Assembly (NCBI GenBank): GCA_028279045.1
Contig: JANQSZ010000022.1
Span: forward strand, 16,388-80,387
Origin: Candidatus Nanoarchaeia archaeon
Lineage (GTDB): Archaea > Nanobdellota > Nanobdellia > Woesearchaeales > UBA10216
Reading direction: 5' to 3'
DNA length: 64,000 nt
The notes below the pieces were generated by a model that was not told where the DNA came from, made no database searches, and was given only the letters and a program-made list of their open reading frames with translations. The position numbers were made by a program, and so were the translations under genes. This document shows, piece after piece, positions 1 to 12,548 of this stretch; within the stretch, counting starts at the first letter, position 1; each line of letters starts with the position of its first letter.

Positions 1-8
1 TGCGAAAA

Positions 9-416
9 ATGGCAGAGGAAATGGAGATTTTGGATTACGAGAAGGAGAAGAATTTTGAAAATTTCTCCGACGACACGATCTTGAAATTGAGTGATGAAGT
101 TAAATTGTTTATCAAGAAGGCTCGCGCTTGCTTGCCATGGTACTTGAATGCGTATTCTGACCTTCCTTGTAATAAGAAGTATCAGGAAGGAGTTGACTAT
201 GTAGATTCCTTGACTGCTGAACAATGGGCTGATCCAGAAGTGCAAGCAAAAATTCAGCAAATGAATGAAGAATTTGTTGCCCATGCTAAGGAAATAGATT
301 CTGATTACTACTCAACGCGATTTGGAGTTGAGAACGCAGTTCTTGCTAGCGTGAAAGGCTGGAAGAAAGAAGAAGTAGCGACTGTTCGGGATTCAATACA
401 GAAAGAAGACGATTAA
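9..416 (+). CDS. hypothetical acidic protein
   Basis: 135-aa ORF with coding-like composition, convergent with the next gene; no recognisable motif. Confidence 0.6.
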   Translation: MAEEMEILDYEKEKNFENFSDDTILKLSDEVKLFIKKARACLPWYLNAYSDLPCNKKYQEGVDYVDSLTAEQWADPEVQAKIQQMNEEFVAHAKEIDSDYYSTRFGVENAVLASVKGWKKEEVATVRDSIQKEDD

Positions 417-1447
417 ATCCATTTCTTGCCTGCTTCTTGTAAGGTTAGAAATTGTGCGCCGTTCTGTTTTGCGTGCTTGATGAATGCATCCATTGTTTCT
501 ACAATAGGAGTTGGCCAACCGTTCTCGTAATTTGCTTCGCAGCTGTGCGATAGCACTACGAAAACAAATGGCTTTTTGGAACGGTTTGCTTGGCGCATGT
601 ACTGATCGAAGACAGGAATCAGAAGTTCTCCCCACGCGGGATTTGCGTGTTTCATCCCGAGGAAGTCGAACGTTGCTACAGGAATTTGGAGAATAGAGGA
701 ATCTTGAGACTTTGTATCTTGATAATCTGTTCGAGACATGTACCAAGGATCGTGGGTTTTAACTTTTGTCCAATCATACGCCATGTCATCGCTCGTGTGT
801 CCCTTAATTCCAGGAACTGCAGAAGAATCAAGGTTGAAACCTGTTTTTTCTAAAGCAGAGACGGATTCTGTGCTTAGTGACCAGACACCCCAACGGAAAC
901 TCTTGACTTCTTTTGCTGCGTCAGGACCGAGATTGTCGGCGATGAGTTGTTTTGATGCAGAGAGCATTTCGATTTGATCATCGGTTGAATAGTAGCGTGC
1001 TCCAGCTTTCGATAGTGGTTTTTTGAGTTTGTCTTGCAATGCATTGTCTGAGTTTTGATGCATATGCAAACCCAGCTCATGATCTTTCACTACTTTTTTT
1101 AGGAGTTTGTTAATTTTTGAAAGTGATTCAGGGGGCGCTGAGAAACAATGGGTTGAAAGTAGGAATGTAAGTGGCACTTTGTTCTTTTCCGCTAGCTGCA
1201 GCCAATGGTCAATGCCGGCTGTGAATCCTTGATATGCTTTCGGAGCACGGTGCTGCCAAATCCTCTCTTGATCTTTAGCAACGTATCCCGCTTCGGTGTC
1301 GACGGTAACGCAAACATAGAACGGGAACTTTGATTCGCCATGCCGTTTTAGGAATGGAATGCTCAATAGTATTGAGGATGCGCCTCTGATGAGTTGCGCT
1401 CCTGTCCGCGTGAGCCCAAACCGATATGCGAGTAGTTTTGGTTTCAT
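413..1447 (-). CDS. polysaccharide deacetylase family protein (NodB/CE4-like)
   Basis: TVDTE, HELGLHMH and SFRWG motifs; start set at ATG 1447, which overlaps the upstream TGA (ATGA). Confidence 0.75.
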   Translation of the reverse strand: MKPKLLAYRFGLTRTGAQLIRGASSILLSIPFLKRHGESKFPFYVCVTVDTEAGYVAKDQERIWQHRAPKAYQGFTAGIDHWLQLAEKNKVPLTFLLSTHCFSAPPESLSKINKLLKKVVKDHELGLHMHQNSDNALQDKLKKPLSKAGARYYSTDDQIEMLSASKQLIADNLGPDAAKEVKSFRWGVWSLSTESVSALEKTGFNLDSSAVPGIKGHTSDDMAYDWTKVKTHDPWYMSRTDYQDTKSQDSSILQIPVATFDFLGMKHANPAWGELLIPVFDQYMRQANRSKKPFVFVVLSHSCEANYENGWPTPIVETMDAFIKHAKQNGAQFLTLQEAGKKWI

Positions 1448-2598
1448 GTGTAGAGTTTGGCAAATTTCTTTGCAATGGCGTCCCAAGAGTATTCTTGAGA
1501 GAATTTCTTTGCATTTCTTGCCAGAGTGGTTGCTTTTGATTTATTTTTAAGTAGAAGGATGATTGCTGCTCCTAGTTCTTTAGCGTTTCTCTCAGGAACA
1601 AGCAAACCGGTTTTGTTGTGGTCAATAATATCGGTTAAGCCACCGGTGTTTGTCGCTACGACAGGAGAGTTTGCAGCCATTGCTTCCACGACAGCTAATC
1701 CGAACCCTTCTTTTCCGAGACCACGGCCTGATATTGAAGGAAGGACAAATACGTCAGCTCTTTTGTAGTAAGCGTGGAGTTCAGAATGATGAAGAGATCC
1801 GGTGAAGGTTACGTTATTCATGTTTTTTGCTTGCTGCTTCAGTGTTTTTTCATATGGTCCACCGCCGACAATGACGAGTTTTGCAGAAGGTACTTTTCTC
1901 TGAATAGCAGGGAATGCTTCTAGCAAATATTGTACTCCTTTTTGTTCACTGAGGCGGCCGACAAACACAATAACTTTTCCGGACAACTTTTTTGGTTTTG
2001 CTTTTGCCAGTGTTTCGCTATCGATTCCCATAGGAATGATTTGTATTTTGTTTTTTACAGAAGGGAACCGCGTCAGAATTGTTTTTTGAGTTGCAGTTGA
2101 GTTGACGGTTATGGCATCTGCTTGTTTTAACGACCAGTGTAGGAGCCATTCCAGGGAATGAATCTTGTACGCGTGGACATCGCTTCCATGAATCGTGATG
2201 ATGAGTTTTTTGTTGAGTAGTTTCTTGGCGATAGCTGCAGCAACCCCTTGCGGAACGAGCCAGTGTGCATGGATCACATCTGCAGAGCGGGCGTCATTCA
2301 ACAATGCGAAGAGTTCTGCTACGCTAAGGAAAGGAACTTGAAGTTTTGCAAGAGTGCTGGCTTTCATGTTCTGCACAATGCCACCACCATAGCATAATTT
2401 TTGTAATGAAGCGGGAAAGAAATATTGGAACCGCCTGATTGTGAGATTGCCAACGCGCTCCTTCTTCTTTGCGCCGGCTGCATGTGGAACAAGGGCTTCT
2501 ACAGCATGAGAAAGATGCGTTGCTAGATCAAACACAAACCGAGGTTCTGTATCACCTTTCCATCGTGGAAAAGTGCTGGCTACCATTAATATACGCAT
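1444..2598 (-). CDS. glycosyltransferase family 4
   Basis: HAHW, FVGRLSEQKG and EGFGLAVVEAMA GT-B motifs. Confidence 0.93.
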   Translation of the reverse strand: MRILMVASTFPRWKGDTEPRFVFDLATHLSHAVEALVPHAAGAKKKERVGNLTIRRFQYFFPASLQKLCYGGGIVQNMKASTLAKLQVPFLSVAELFALLNDARSADVIHAHWLVPQGVAAAIAKKLLNKKLIITIHGSDVHAYKIHSLEWLLHWSLKQADAITVNSTATQKTILTRFPSVKNKIQIIPMGIDSETLAKAKPKKLSGKVIVFVGRLSEQKGVQYLLEAFPAIQRKVPSAKLVIVGGGPYEKTLKQQAKNMNNVTFTGSLHHSELHAYYKRADVFVLPSISGRGLGKEGFGLAVVEAMAANSPVVATNTGGLTDIIDHNKTGLLVPERNAKELGAAIILLLKNKSKATTLARNAKKFSQEYSWDAIAKKFAKLYT

Positions 2599-2599
2599 T

Positions 2600-3568
2600 C
2601 TAAATTTCGGAAAGAGCTACTTTCCTACCTTCAGCGGCAGAAAGGCGCAAGGCTTCTAAAACCTTTGCCTGGGAGAGAATTTGGTCATACTGAGCTTCCT
2701 TAAAAGGGTCATCATGCATGTTTGAGAGGAAATTGGAGAAGCTGAGTTCGAACTGATTTGCAGGTTCTATTTCGATCTCTTGAAGGTCATTGCTCTTCAA
2801 ATCCTGAAAGGTTATTCCAGGTTTTTTATCTGGTGGGATACTGTATGCAGGATTGACGTTAATTTTTCCAAATCGAGATGTAATGCTGTACTTGTTTTGG
2901 TATACTGTCCGTAAACTGAAAAAAGCAACTGCATTGTTAAGATTATATTCTAGCGTTGCGGTACCTTCAACGTCAACAGAATAGTTATCTTTTACTAATG
3001 CACATGAAACGGTTTTTGGTTCCCCAAGGAATTTGCGAGCCATAAATACTGGATAGCAGCCAACATCGTTTAGGCTACCGCCACCAAGATCTTTGTTATA
3101 GCGGATATCGCTCGAATCTAAAGGAGGGATGGTGAATGAGCCTGAAAAGAATATTGGTTTTCCCAGCTGGTCAAACCAAGAAAAGACTTTCTCATGTTGC
3201 GGGTGATAGTTGCACATAAAGTTTTCAAACAATGCTACGTTTGCTTGTTTACATGCTTCAACGCACTTTTTTGCGGACTCGTAACTTGTTGTTAACGACT
3301 TTTCGCAAATGATGTGCTTGCCTGCTGCAGCTGCTTTCAAAATCCATTCTTCGTGCAGTGCAATCGGGAGAGGGATGTAGACAGCGTCGACATCAGAATC
3401 AAGAACGTCCTGATAGGATTCTGCATGATTGCAATTAAATTCAGCAGCCCATTGTTTACTCTTTTCTGGATCTCTGCTGGAAAGTGTAAGTTCTGCTCCT
3501 AGCTCTAGGAATGCTGGAATTGCGTACCGTTTTGCAATGGCTGCACAGCCAAGAATGCCGACTTTCAT
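2600..3568 (-). CDS. Gfo/Idh/MocA oxidoreductase, probable NDP-hexose 3-ketoreductase
   Basis: GCAAIA Rossmann start, GKHIICEKSL and GGGSLNDVGCY; adjacent to the 2,3-dehydratase. Confidence 0.85.
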   Translation of the reverse strand: MKVGILGCAAIAKRYAIPAFLELGAELTLSSRDPEKSKQWAAEFNCNHAESYQDVLDSDVDAVYIPLPIALHEEWILKAAAAGKHIICEKSLTTSYESAKKCVEACKQANVALFENFMCNYHPQHEKVFSWFDQLGKPIFFSGSFTIPPLDSSDIRYNKDLGGGSLNDVGCYPVFMARKFLGEPKTVSCALVKDNYSVDVEGTATLEYNLNNAVAFFSLRTVYQNKYSITSRFGKINVNPAYSIPPDKKPGITFQDLKSNDLQEIEIEPANQFELSFSNFLSNMHDDPFKEAQYDQILSQAKVLEALRLSAAEGRKVALSEI

Positions 3569-4323
3569 TAGAGTACAGAAATGATACTTCGCACATGAGG
3601 CGTGACAAGAGTTTCATGCTTGAGCATTTGTTTAATTTGATACATTGTTACCCAGATAAAGTCTTCTGGAACTTCGATTTGTTCGTTTTCAGGAACTTCT
3701 ACAAGCATGTTGCGGTTTGCTTTCAAAAAGAATCGACCACCGTCTTCTGTTTGATCTTTCGAGTATACGATTGTGCTTCTTCCTTCTTCTTCGAAATACT
3801 CTGAGAAGAGAGGCTTCTTTCCTTTGTGTGCTTGTTTCAAGTTGCTGTGAGTTGCTTGCAGCGTCGGAGACATTTGCAATTTATCGATGTTTCCTGGTTC
3901 TGCTTTTGCGTTGAGTAAATAATGGTATACACCGTTGATCTTCTTACGGAGAACACCGATGATTCCCCATTCTTTCTGGAAAAATAAGGGTTGTTCCCAT
4001 CCAGGAACTTCGCGCTTATCTGTTTGGGTTACTTTCATACCGCGTACAGAGAAAAACTCGCCAGAAACATGAGAAATGTTCATTGTTTCAGGATTTGTTT
4101 GCCACGTATCCAAATCAGTGATGTTGACTTCTTGAATTTCCATCTTACAATTCTTCCGTTGTTCTTCGAACCAGTTCATGACATATTCGAGAGTGTGCAG
4201 GCTGTTTTCCTTGTTTGTTGATTCTAACATGTGGAGAACTCTGTTTTGTGCGTCGCTATCAGACTCATATCCGTTCTCACGTAGTACGTTCAGAATTTTT
4301 TCGGTAGCTTCTTGTTCTGGCAT
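3568..4323 (-). CDS. NDP-hexose 2,3-dehydratase (single domain)
   Basis: HVSGEFFSVRG, WEQP, AKAEPGN, SPTLQATHSN and TEDGGRFF motifs; start moved to ATG 4323. Confidence 0.85.
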   Translation of the reverse strand: MPEQEATEKILNVLRENGYESDSDAQNRVLHMLESTNKENSLHTLEYVMNWFEEQRKNCKMEIQEVNITDLDTWQTNPETMNISHVSGEFFSVRGMKVTQTDKREVPGWEQPLFFQKEWGIIGVLRKKINGVYHYLLNAKAEPGNIDKLQMSPTLQATHSNLKQAHKGKKPLFSEYFEEEGRSTIVYSKDQTEDGGRFFLKANRNMLVEVPENEQIEVPEDFIWVTMYQIKQMLKHETLVTPHVRSIISVL

Positions 4324-4324
4324 T

Positions 4325-4783
4325 CTACCACCCCTGTGGAGCGGACCATTTGTATGGAATGCTCGGATCATCGTATGGAATTCTTAACTCATCAGGATCA
4401 TCTGGATTATATGGTTCGGTTGGCGTGTTGATCGTAATCGCTTCTTCGTCAGATGCGCATTCAAAGCCGTGGAACACCATGGGAGGGATTGTTACAAGGA
4501 TTGCGTTTTCCTCGCTAATGATAAATTCTTGAGTTTCTCCTTTTGTTGGGGAGCCCTCTCGAGCATCATGAAGAACAAGTCGCATTTCTCCTTTTACACA
4601 TGTAAAATTATCCCATTGGACTTTATGGCGGTGCCATGCTTTAGCAAAACCTGGTTTGCAGACAGTCATGTATGTCTGCCCGAATTTCTTGAAGATGGAA
4701 TCGTCTACTCTGAGAATTTCCATTAGTCGGCCGCGTTCGTCTTTGTGAACAATAAGTTGCTTTACTTCTACACCATCAATCAT
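4325..4783 (-). CDS. rmlC: dTDP-4-dehydrorhamnose 3,5-epimerase family (cupin)
   Basis: DERGRLME, AWHRH, DAREGSPT and IPPMVFHGF. Confidence 0.88.
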   Translation of the reverse strand: MIDGVEVKQLIVHKDERGRLMEILRVDDSIFKKFGQTYMTVCKPGFAKAWHRHKVQWDNFTCVKGEMRLVLHDAREGSPTKGETQEFIISEENAILVTIPPMVFHGFECASDEEAITINTPTEPYNPDDPDELRIPYDDPSIPYKWSAPQGW

Positions 4784-4821
4784 ACTGCCAGAGAGAATGC
4801 AGAGCTTTAAATTAGTTGCGC

Positions 4822-5541
4822 TTACTGAGCCAGTTTATCTCTAATAAGAATGGACGCTTGGAGGAGGCTTTCATGGGTACCGGCATCGCTCCAGAAGCCG
4901 GTCAGCTTGGTATATCCAAGATTGCTTGATTCTACGTATTTGTTGTTTACGTCTGTTATTTCCAGCTGGCCTCGCTCGGATGGTTTAAGGTTGCGGATGT
5001 GTTCAAACGCATTTGCGTCAAGGAGATACAATCCTGTTACTGCAAGATTAGATTTAGGTTGTGAAGGCTTTTCTTCGATGCCCACAATCTTGTCTCCGGA
5101 AACTTCAGCAACGCCAAAACGTTCTGCATCTTGAACTTCTTTTAAGAAAAGATGAGCGCCTTCATCACTGTTCATGAATTTTTCAAAAACAGGTCTAAAG
5201 TTATCTTCGTAAATGTTATCGCCTAGGATTGCTGCGAATTTTTCGCCGTCAACAAATTCTTCGGCGAGTCGCATTCCGTCAGCGATTCCGAGCGGTTCGT
5301 CTTGAACTTCAAAAGAGAAATTAACCCCGAACTCTTTGCCAGAACGAAGTAAATTGAGAAACGATCCGCTAAATTCAGGACCGCAAATAATGAGAATATC
5401 AGTGACGCCGGCATCAACCAACGTTTGGATCGGATAATAGATCATTGGCTTGTTGTAGACTGGAAGCAAGTGCTTGTTAGTCACGTTAGTACAAGGAGCT
5501 AATCGTGTTCCGAGTCCGCCTGCCAAAATTACGCCTTTCAT
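4822..5541 (-). CDS. rmlA: glucose-1-phosphate thymidylyltransferase (short form)
   Basis: GVILAGGLGTRL, NKHLLPVYNKPMIYY, EEKP, RGQLEITD and WSDAGT. Confidence 0.92.
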   Translation of the reverse strand: MKGVILAGGLGTRLAPCTNVTNKHLLPVYNKPMIYYPIQTLVDAGVTDILIICGPEFSGSFLNLLRSGKEFGVNFSFEVQDEPLGIADGMRLAEEFVDGEKFAAILGDNIYEDNFRPVFEKFMNSDEGAHLFLKEVQDAERFGVAEVSGDKIVGIEEKPSQPKSNLAVTGLYLLDANAFEHIRNLKPSERGQLEITDVNNKYVESSNLGYTKLTGFWSDAGTHESLLQASILIRDKLAQ

Positions 5542-6341
5542 TTCATATAGTCATGTAATGCTTCTGACCAGTGACGAAGAGGCGGCAGTTTAGTATTTAA
5601 TAGTATCGATACTTTAGGACGAGTAGCAGGGGTGGGATAGTCTGTTGTTGGGATGGGATGAATTGGGATTTGGGAGTCAAGTTCAGCGGCGATTGCCTTG
5701 GCGAATTCGTACCAGGAGCAATTTCCTGAATTGGTTATGTGATAGATGCCGTATGGTTTGCCGATAAGCTCTTTGATTCCCTGCGCAAGATCTTTTGTGT
5801 ATGTTGGGTTTCCAATCTGGTCGTTGACAATGCGGAGCTCGTCTTTTTCGTTAACAAGTCTGCGAATAGTGTCTACGAAATTTCTTCCGTGTGTTCCGTA
5901 CAACCATGCGCTTCGCACAAGATAATGCTTGGGAACTTCGAGAATGTACGGTTCTGCATCTGCTTTTGATTTTGCGTAAATGCTGATTGGGTTTGCAACT
6001 GCGTTTTCATCATAGCCGTTAGTGTTTTCGCCATCAAAAATATAATCAGAACTGATGTGAACAAGAATTGTGTCGTGTTTCTTGCAGGCTGCTGCGACGT
6101 ACATTGCACCAGTAACATTAATGCTGCGGCAGAGCTCTTCTTCCTTTTCAGCGTCGTCGACGCGGGTGTATGCTGCGCAATTAATGACAAGGTCAGGGTT
6201 CTGATTGAATGCAGTTTCTAGAGAATCTGGGTTTGTGATGTCGACCTCTTCTTTGTCTGTTATGATCAAATCATGGTCTTTGAAAACTTCAACAACATCG
6301 TGTCCCAGCATTCCTTTGGCGCCAAGGATAAGTATTTTCAT
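5538..6341 (-). CDS. rmlD: dTDP-4-dehydrorhamnose reductase
   Basis: GAKGMLG, NCAAYTRVD, SSDYIFDG, YAKSK and DQIGNPT. Confidence 0.93.
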   Translation of the reverse strand: MKILILGAKGMLGHDVVEVFKDHDLIITDKEEVDITNPDSLETAFNQNPDLVINCAAYTRVDDAEKEEELCRSINVTGAMYVAAACKKHDTILVHISSDYIFDGENTNGYDENAVANPISIYAKSKADAEPYILEVPKHYLVRSAWLYGTHGRNFVDTIRRLVNEKDELRIVNDQIGNPTYTKDLAQGIKELIGKPYGIYHITNSGNCSWYEFAKAIAAELDSQIPIHPIPTTDYPTPATRPKVSILLNTKLPPLRHWSEALHDYMK

Positions 6342-7333
6342 AGTCCCAATTTCTTGTAGTGAGCTTTATAGAATTTCAGATACTCGCCTGTTTTGATCTT
6401 TTTCCACCACTGTTCGTTCTGTTGATACCAGTCTACAGTAGTTTTGATACCTTGATCAAACGTTACGGTTGGTTTCCAACCCAATTTGCGTATTTTCGAA
6501 TTGTTTATTGAATATCTCTGATCATGACCAGGTCGGTCAGAAATATGCTTGATAAGTGATTGATCCTTCTTTAGGAGGCGGAGAATTTTCTTAGTGACGT
6601 CGAGATTATTGACGTTTTTTCCAGTGCCGATGTTATAGATCTGCCCTTTCTTTCCTTTTCTGAGTACAACGTCGACCGCACGGCAATTATCTGTTACAAA
6701 AATCCAGTCTCGAGATTGTTTTCCGCTTCCGTAAATGGGGAGCTTCTTTCCTTCAATTGCGTTTGTTGTGAAGAGAGGGATGATTTTTTCAGGATATTGA
6801 TTTGGGCCGTAGTTGTTCGAACTTCTGGTTATGCATGCGTCCAACCCATAACTGTGGACGTAGGATAAAGTAAGTAAGTCTGCTGATGCTTTACTTGAGG
6901 AATATGGACTTGTTGGTCGTAGCGGATCTGATTCTGAAAAAGATCCCTTAGGAATACTGCCGTACACTTCGTCAGTAGAAATTTGGATCATGCGGATGTC
7001 GTTCTTTCTTGCGGCTTCGAGCAAGACGTGAGTTCCTATGACATCGGTCTTGATGAAGCTTGCAGGATCTGCTATTGATTTGTCTACATGGGTCTCCGCA
7101 GCAAAGTTAACGATTGCCGAACATTTCTTTGCAAGACGGTTAACAGTTTTAGGATCCTGGATGTTTCCTTTGACAAATGAGTACTTTTTGTTCTTTTGAA
7201 CTTCTTTCAAATTTTCAAGGTTTCCAGAATATGTGAGTGCATCTAAGTTGATAACGTCAACGTTTTTCTTGAGAAGCAGTTTCACGAAATGACTTCCGAT
7301 GAACCCTGCGCCCCCTGTTACAAGTACTGTCAT
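6338..7333 (-). CDS. rmlB: dTDP-glucose 4,6-dehydratase
   Basis: [27 protein letters not shown] and DRPGHD. Confidence 0.95.
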   Translation of the reverse strand: MTVLVTGGAGFIGSHFVKLLLKKNVDVINLDALTYSGNLENLKEVQKNKKYSFVKGNIQDPKTVNRLAKKCSAIVNFAAETHVDKSIADPASFIKTDVIGTHVLLEAARKNDIRMIQISTDEVYGSIPKGSFSESDPLRPTSPYSSSKASADLLTLSYVHSYGLDACITRSSNNYGPNQYPEKIIPLFTTNAIEGKKLPIYGSGKQSRDWIFVTDNCRAVDVVLRKGKKGQIYNIGTGKNVNNLDVTKKILRLLKKDQSLIKHISDRPGHDQRYSINNSKIRKLGWKPTVTFDQGIKTTVDWYQQNEQWWKKIKTGEYLKFYKAHYKKLGL

Positions 7334-7369
7334 TTTTCAATCTAGGCTATTAAGTCTCGATATATAAGA

Positions 7370-9246
<1,877 letters not shown>

Positions 9247-9259
9247 CTATATAAATCTT

Positions 9260-10186
9260 TTACTGGCTTTTAAACCAGTCTATGGTTTTTTGCATCCCTT
9301 CTTCGAGGGAAACTTTGGGCTCCCATTTCAACCGTTCCTTTGCTCTGGAGATATCAGGGCGACGGCGTTTGGGGTCATCTGCTGGAAGAGGTTTGTAGAC
9401 AATGCTACTAGACGCGCCCATGATTTCAATAATTCTTTCAGCGAATTCTTTGATTGTGTGTTCATCTGGGTTGCCGAGGTTCACTGGATCGTAGCCTGGC
9501 GCTTCGAAGAGTTTGATTATTCCTTCAATGAGATCGGTTACGTAACAGAAAGATCTTGTTTGGGTTCCATCGCCGTAGACTGTTAGTGGTTCATTACGTA
9601 ATGCTTGCGCGATGAAGTTTGGAACAACGCGGCCGTCTTCGATGCGCATTCTCGGCCCGTAGGTGTTGAAAATTCTTACAATGCGGGTATCGATATCATG
9701 ATAACGATGATATGCCATGGTAATTGCTTCTGCGAAGCGCTTTGCTTCATCGTAACAACCGCGGACACCGATTGGATTTACATTACCCCAGTACGATTCT
9801 TTTTGCGGGTGCTGCTCAGGATCGCCATAAATTTCAGATGTAGATGCGAGCAGGTAGCGAGCTTTTTTTGCGCGGGCGATGCCGAGCGTGTTATGCGTTC
9901 CGAGACCGCCAACCTTGAGAGTTTGAATTGGCAACTTAAGGTAATCAATTGGAGATGCTGGACTTGCGAAATGGAACACACCGTGAATATCTCCTTTGAT
10001 TTCTAGCGGTTGGCTGATATCGTGCTCTATTAATGTGAAAAGCTTGTTGTCCAGAAGATGCTCGACATTTTTCTTGCTTCCAGTAACAAAATTATCTACG
10101 CAAATAACTTCCCATCCGCGTTCGAGCAAGGCTTCGCACAAATGACTGCCGATAAACCCTGCACCGCCTGTTACGAGTGCTCTCAT
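9260..10186 (-). CDS. UDP-glucuronate decarboxylase (UDP-xylose synthase) family
   Basis: [32 protein letters not shown] and QTRSFCYV. Confidence 0.9.
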   Translation of the reverse strand: MRALVTGGAGFIGSHLCEALLERGWEVICVDNFVTGSKKNVEHLLDNKLFTLIEHDISQPLEIKGDIHGVFHFASPASPIDYLKLPIQTLKVGGLGTHNTLGIARAKKARYLLASTSEIYGDPEQHPQKESYWGNVNPIGVRGCYDEAKRFAEAITMAYHRYHDIDTRIVRIFNTYGPRMRIEDGRVVPNFIAQALRNEPLTVYGDGTQTRSFCYVTDLIEGIIKLFEAPGYDPVNLGNPDEHTIKEFAERIIEIMGASSSIVYKPLPADDPKRRRPDISRAKERLKWEPKVSLEEGMQKTIDWFKSQ

Positions 10187-11163
10187 CCGAAATCAATCTC
10201 TGAATTATCGCCTACATTAAGCTTACGGAAAATATCGCGAACAATTGCGCTATCTCCTATCAAGGATTTCGTTAATGCAGCGTATGTAAGATTGGCGTTG
10301 TCATCCACAATCGCGTCACTAATTATAGAGTTCTTAATGTGACAGTTCTCACCAATAGAAACATTCGGCCCGATTATTGAGTTGACGATCTTTGCGCCAT
10401 CTTTAATATGAACAGGAGGAATTATTACTGAATTTGTTACTGGGATTTCCCGATGGTGGCCGTTTTCAAGCAAGTAGCGGTTTGTTTTGAGTAGTGTGTT
10501 TGGCTTGCCGCAGTCTGCCCAGACGTCAACTTCCTTTGCGACGAGGTTAGAGCCGTGCTCGAGCATACGCGATATTGCATCTGCTACACGATGTTCGCCG
10601 CCTTCTGAAACTCTGCCTTCCTGGAGAATTCCGTGGAGGTGTTCGAAAAGAATTTTTGCATCTTTGAAATAATAGAGACCGATCGCAGCGAGGTTGCTTA
10701 CGAATTCTTTTGGTTTTTCAACGAACTTTGTAATGCGCTCGTTTTCAACAACGACTACGCCAAAGCGTTCAGGAGTTGCGGTTTCTTTTGCCCAGATAAT
10801 TCCGTCTGCACTAGTTGTTTTTACCACAGAAAGATCAGTATCGAAAATAGTATCTACGAAAATGATCATTACTTCGCCGGTTACGTATGGTTCTGCTAGG
10901 CTCACTGCGTGGCCATCGCCCTTGAGTTGATCTTGAGGAATGAACCGGGTTTGATATGAGAAGTTTGAAGCAACATAGTCTTTTACTTGACCTTCCATCT
11001 CGCCTGTGATGAAAATGATTTCGTCAATAGGGAGCGATTTTAGCTTTTCGAGAATGTGGCCGAGTACTGGTTTGCCTGCAACTCGAAGAAGAGGCTTTGG
11101 TTTAGAGTGTGTGTGCGGCCGTAGCCGAGTTCCCTTTCCTGCTAGTGGAATAATTACTTTCAT
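10183..11163 (-). CDS. sugar-1-phosphate nucleotidyltransferase with C-terminal left-handed beta-helix
   Basis: [17 protein letters not shown] and VEKP; hexapeptide-like repeats at the C-terminus. Confidence 0.88.
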   Translation of the reverse strand: MKVIIPLAGKGTRLRPHTHSKPKPLLRVAGKPVLGHILEKLKSLPIDEIIFITGEMEGQVKDYVASNFSYQTRFIPQDQLKGDGHAVSLAEPYVTGEVMIIFVDTIFDTDLSVVKTTSADGIIWAKETATPERFGVVVVENERITKFVEKPKEFVSNLAAIGLYYFKDAKILFEHLHGILQEGRVSEGGEHRVADAISRMLEHGSNLVAKEVDVWADCGKPNTLLKTNRYLLENGHHREIPVTNSVIIPPVHIKDGAKIVNSIIGPNVSIGENCHIKNSIISDAIVDDNANLTYAALTKSLIGDSAIVRDIFRKLNVGDNSEIDFG

Positions 11164-12458
11164 CGGCCAATGCTCTGATATCTGAATCCGAGTTTTTGTA
11201 GTTCTGCTGGATCGTAAATGTTTCTGCCATCAAGCAAGATCGGTTGCTTCATGCTGTTCTTCACACGCTGCAAATCGATTTGGCGGAAGACATCCCACTC
11301 TGTTAACAGTACGATTGCGTCTGCATCCATTGCTGCTTCGTATGGATTTGGTGCGTATTCAATTGTAGGCATGAGTTTCTTTGCGATCTCTTCTGCCTCA
11401 GGATCGAAACCGATAACGCTTGCTCCTTCCTTGAGCAGAGCAGGAATAACGGTTAGTGATGTTGCCTCGCGCATGTCGTCAGTCTTTGGTTTGAATGCCA
11501 ATCCCCAGATTGCGATGCGCTTTCCTTGAAGAGAAGGAAGTTCTTCTTTTAATTTAGGAACGATAGATTCTTTTTGCTTGATGTTCACGTTTTCGATTGC
11601 TTGCATGAGCACATTATTGCAACCATAGTCTTGTAGAGTTGCGGCTAATGCGCGAACGTCTTTGGGGAAACAGCTTCCGCCGTATCCTGCACCGGCCTGT
11701 AGGAATCGAGGACCAATGCGGGTATCGTATCCCATGCCGGTCGCGACATCCTTAATATCTGCGCCGACTTTTTCGCAAAGATGAGCAAGCTCGTTCATGA
11801 AAGAAATTCTTGCAGAAAGCATTGCGTTGCTCGCGTACTTGATCATGACTGCGCTCTCTATATTAGTAGAGAGGATTGGGCGGTTTGGTCGTTCGAGTGG
11901 TTTGTATAGATGGGTAAGTAAATTTTTTGCGCGCTCGGTTTCTGTACCGATCACAATGCGATCAGGAATCATGAAATCATTGATTGCTTCGCCTTCGCGT
12001 AAGAATTCAGGATTGGAAGCGATTTCGAATTCATGTGGTTGCTGCTGATGTTGCTTGATGAGTGTTTCAACCTTTCTAGACGTTCCAAGTGGAACAGTGC
12101 TCTTGATCACAATGACCTTGAAGCCGTTCATTGCCTTGCCGATTTCTTCTGCTACGTTGAGAACGTACTGAACATCAGCACGGCCATCTTCATCGCTTGG
12201 CGTACCTACCGCAATGAAAATGATTTCAGCTGCTTGAATAGCAGGGGCTGCGTTTGTGGTGAATGTCAACCGGCCTTGCTCGATGTTTTGCGAGACCATT
12301 TCGCTGAGACCGGGCTCGAAAAAAGGAACTTTGCCTTCTTTTAGTGTAGCGATCTTTGATTCATCTACATCAACACACATTACGTCATTTCCAAGGTTTG
12401 CGAAACAGGCGCCGGTAGTGAGGCCTACGTAACCAGTTCCGATCATAGCGATTTTCAT
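11160..12458 (-). CDS. ugd: UDP-glucose 6-dehydrogenase
   Basis: GTGYVG, KSTVP, SNPEFLREG, GYGGSCFPKD and FKPKTDDMRE. Confidence 0.95.
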   Translation of the reverse strand: MKIAMIGTGYVGLTTGACFANLGNDVMCVDVDESKIATLKEGKVPFFEPGLSEMVSQNIEQGRLTFTTNAAPAIQAAEIIFIAVGTPSDEDGRADVQYVLNVAEEIGKAMNGFKVIVIKSTVPLGTSRKVETLIKQHQQQPHEFEIASNPEFLREGEAINDFMIPDRIVIGTETERAKNLLTHLYKPLERPNRPILSTNIESAVMIKYASNAMLSARISFMNELAHLCEKVGADIKDVATGMGYDTRIGPRFLQAGAGYGGSCFPKDVRALAATLQDYGCNNVLMQAIENVNIKQKESIVPKLKEELPSLQGKRIAIWGLAFKPKTDDMREATSLTVIPALLKEGASVIGFDPEAEEIAKKLMPTIEYAPNPYEAAMDADAIVLLTEWDVFRQIDLQRVKNSMKQPILLDGRNIYDPAELQKLGFRYQSIGR

Positions 12459-12548
12459 ACTGATTGGACAAGGGCACTTGTTTTAATATCTTACCTTTAT
12501 CCTACTTTATGCGATAAATATTAATAGGGCGGTTGGTTAGATTGGAGA
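12459..12548. promoter_or_regulatory. divergent promoter between ugd and the RHH fusion gene
   Basis: AT-rich 90-bp gap with TATA-like ttttaatat and ataaatattaa, plus an imperfect direct repeat tacctttat/tactttat. Confidence 0.5.
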
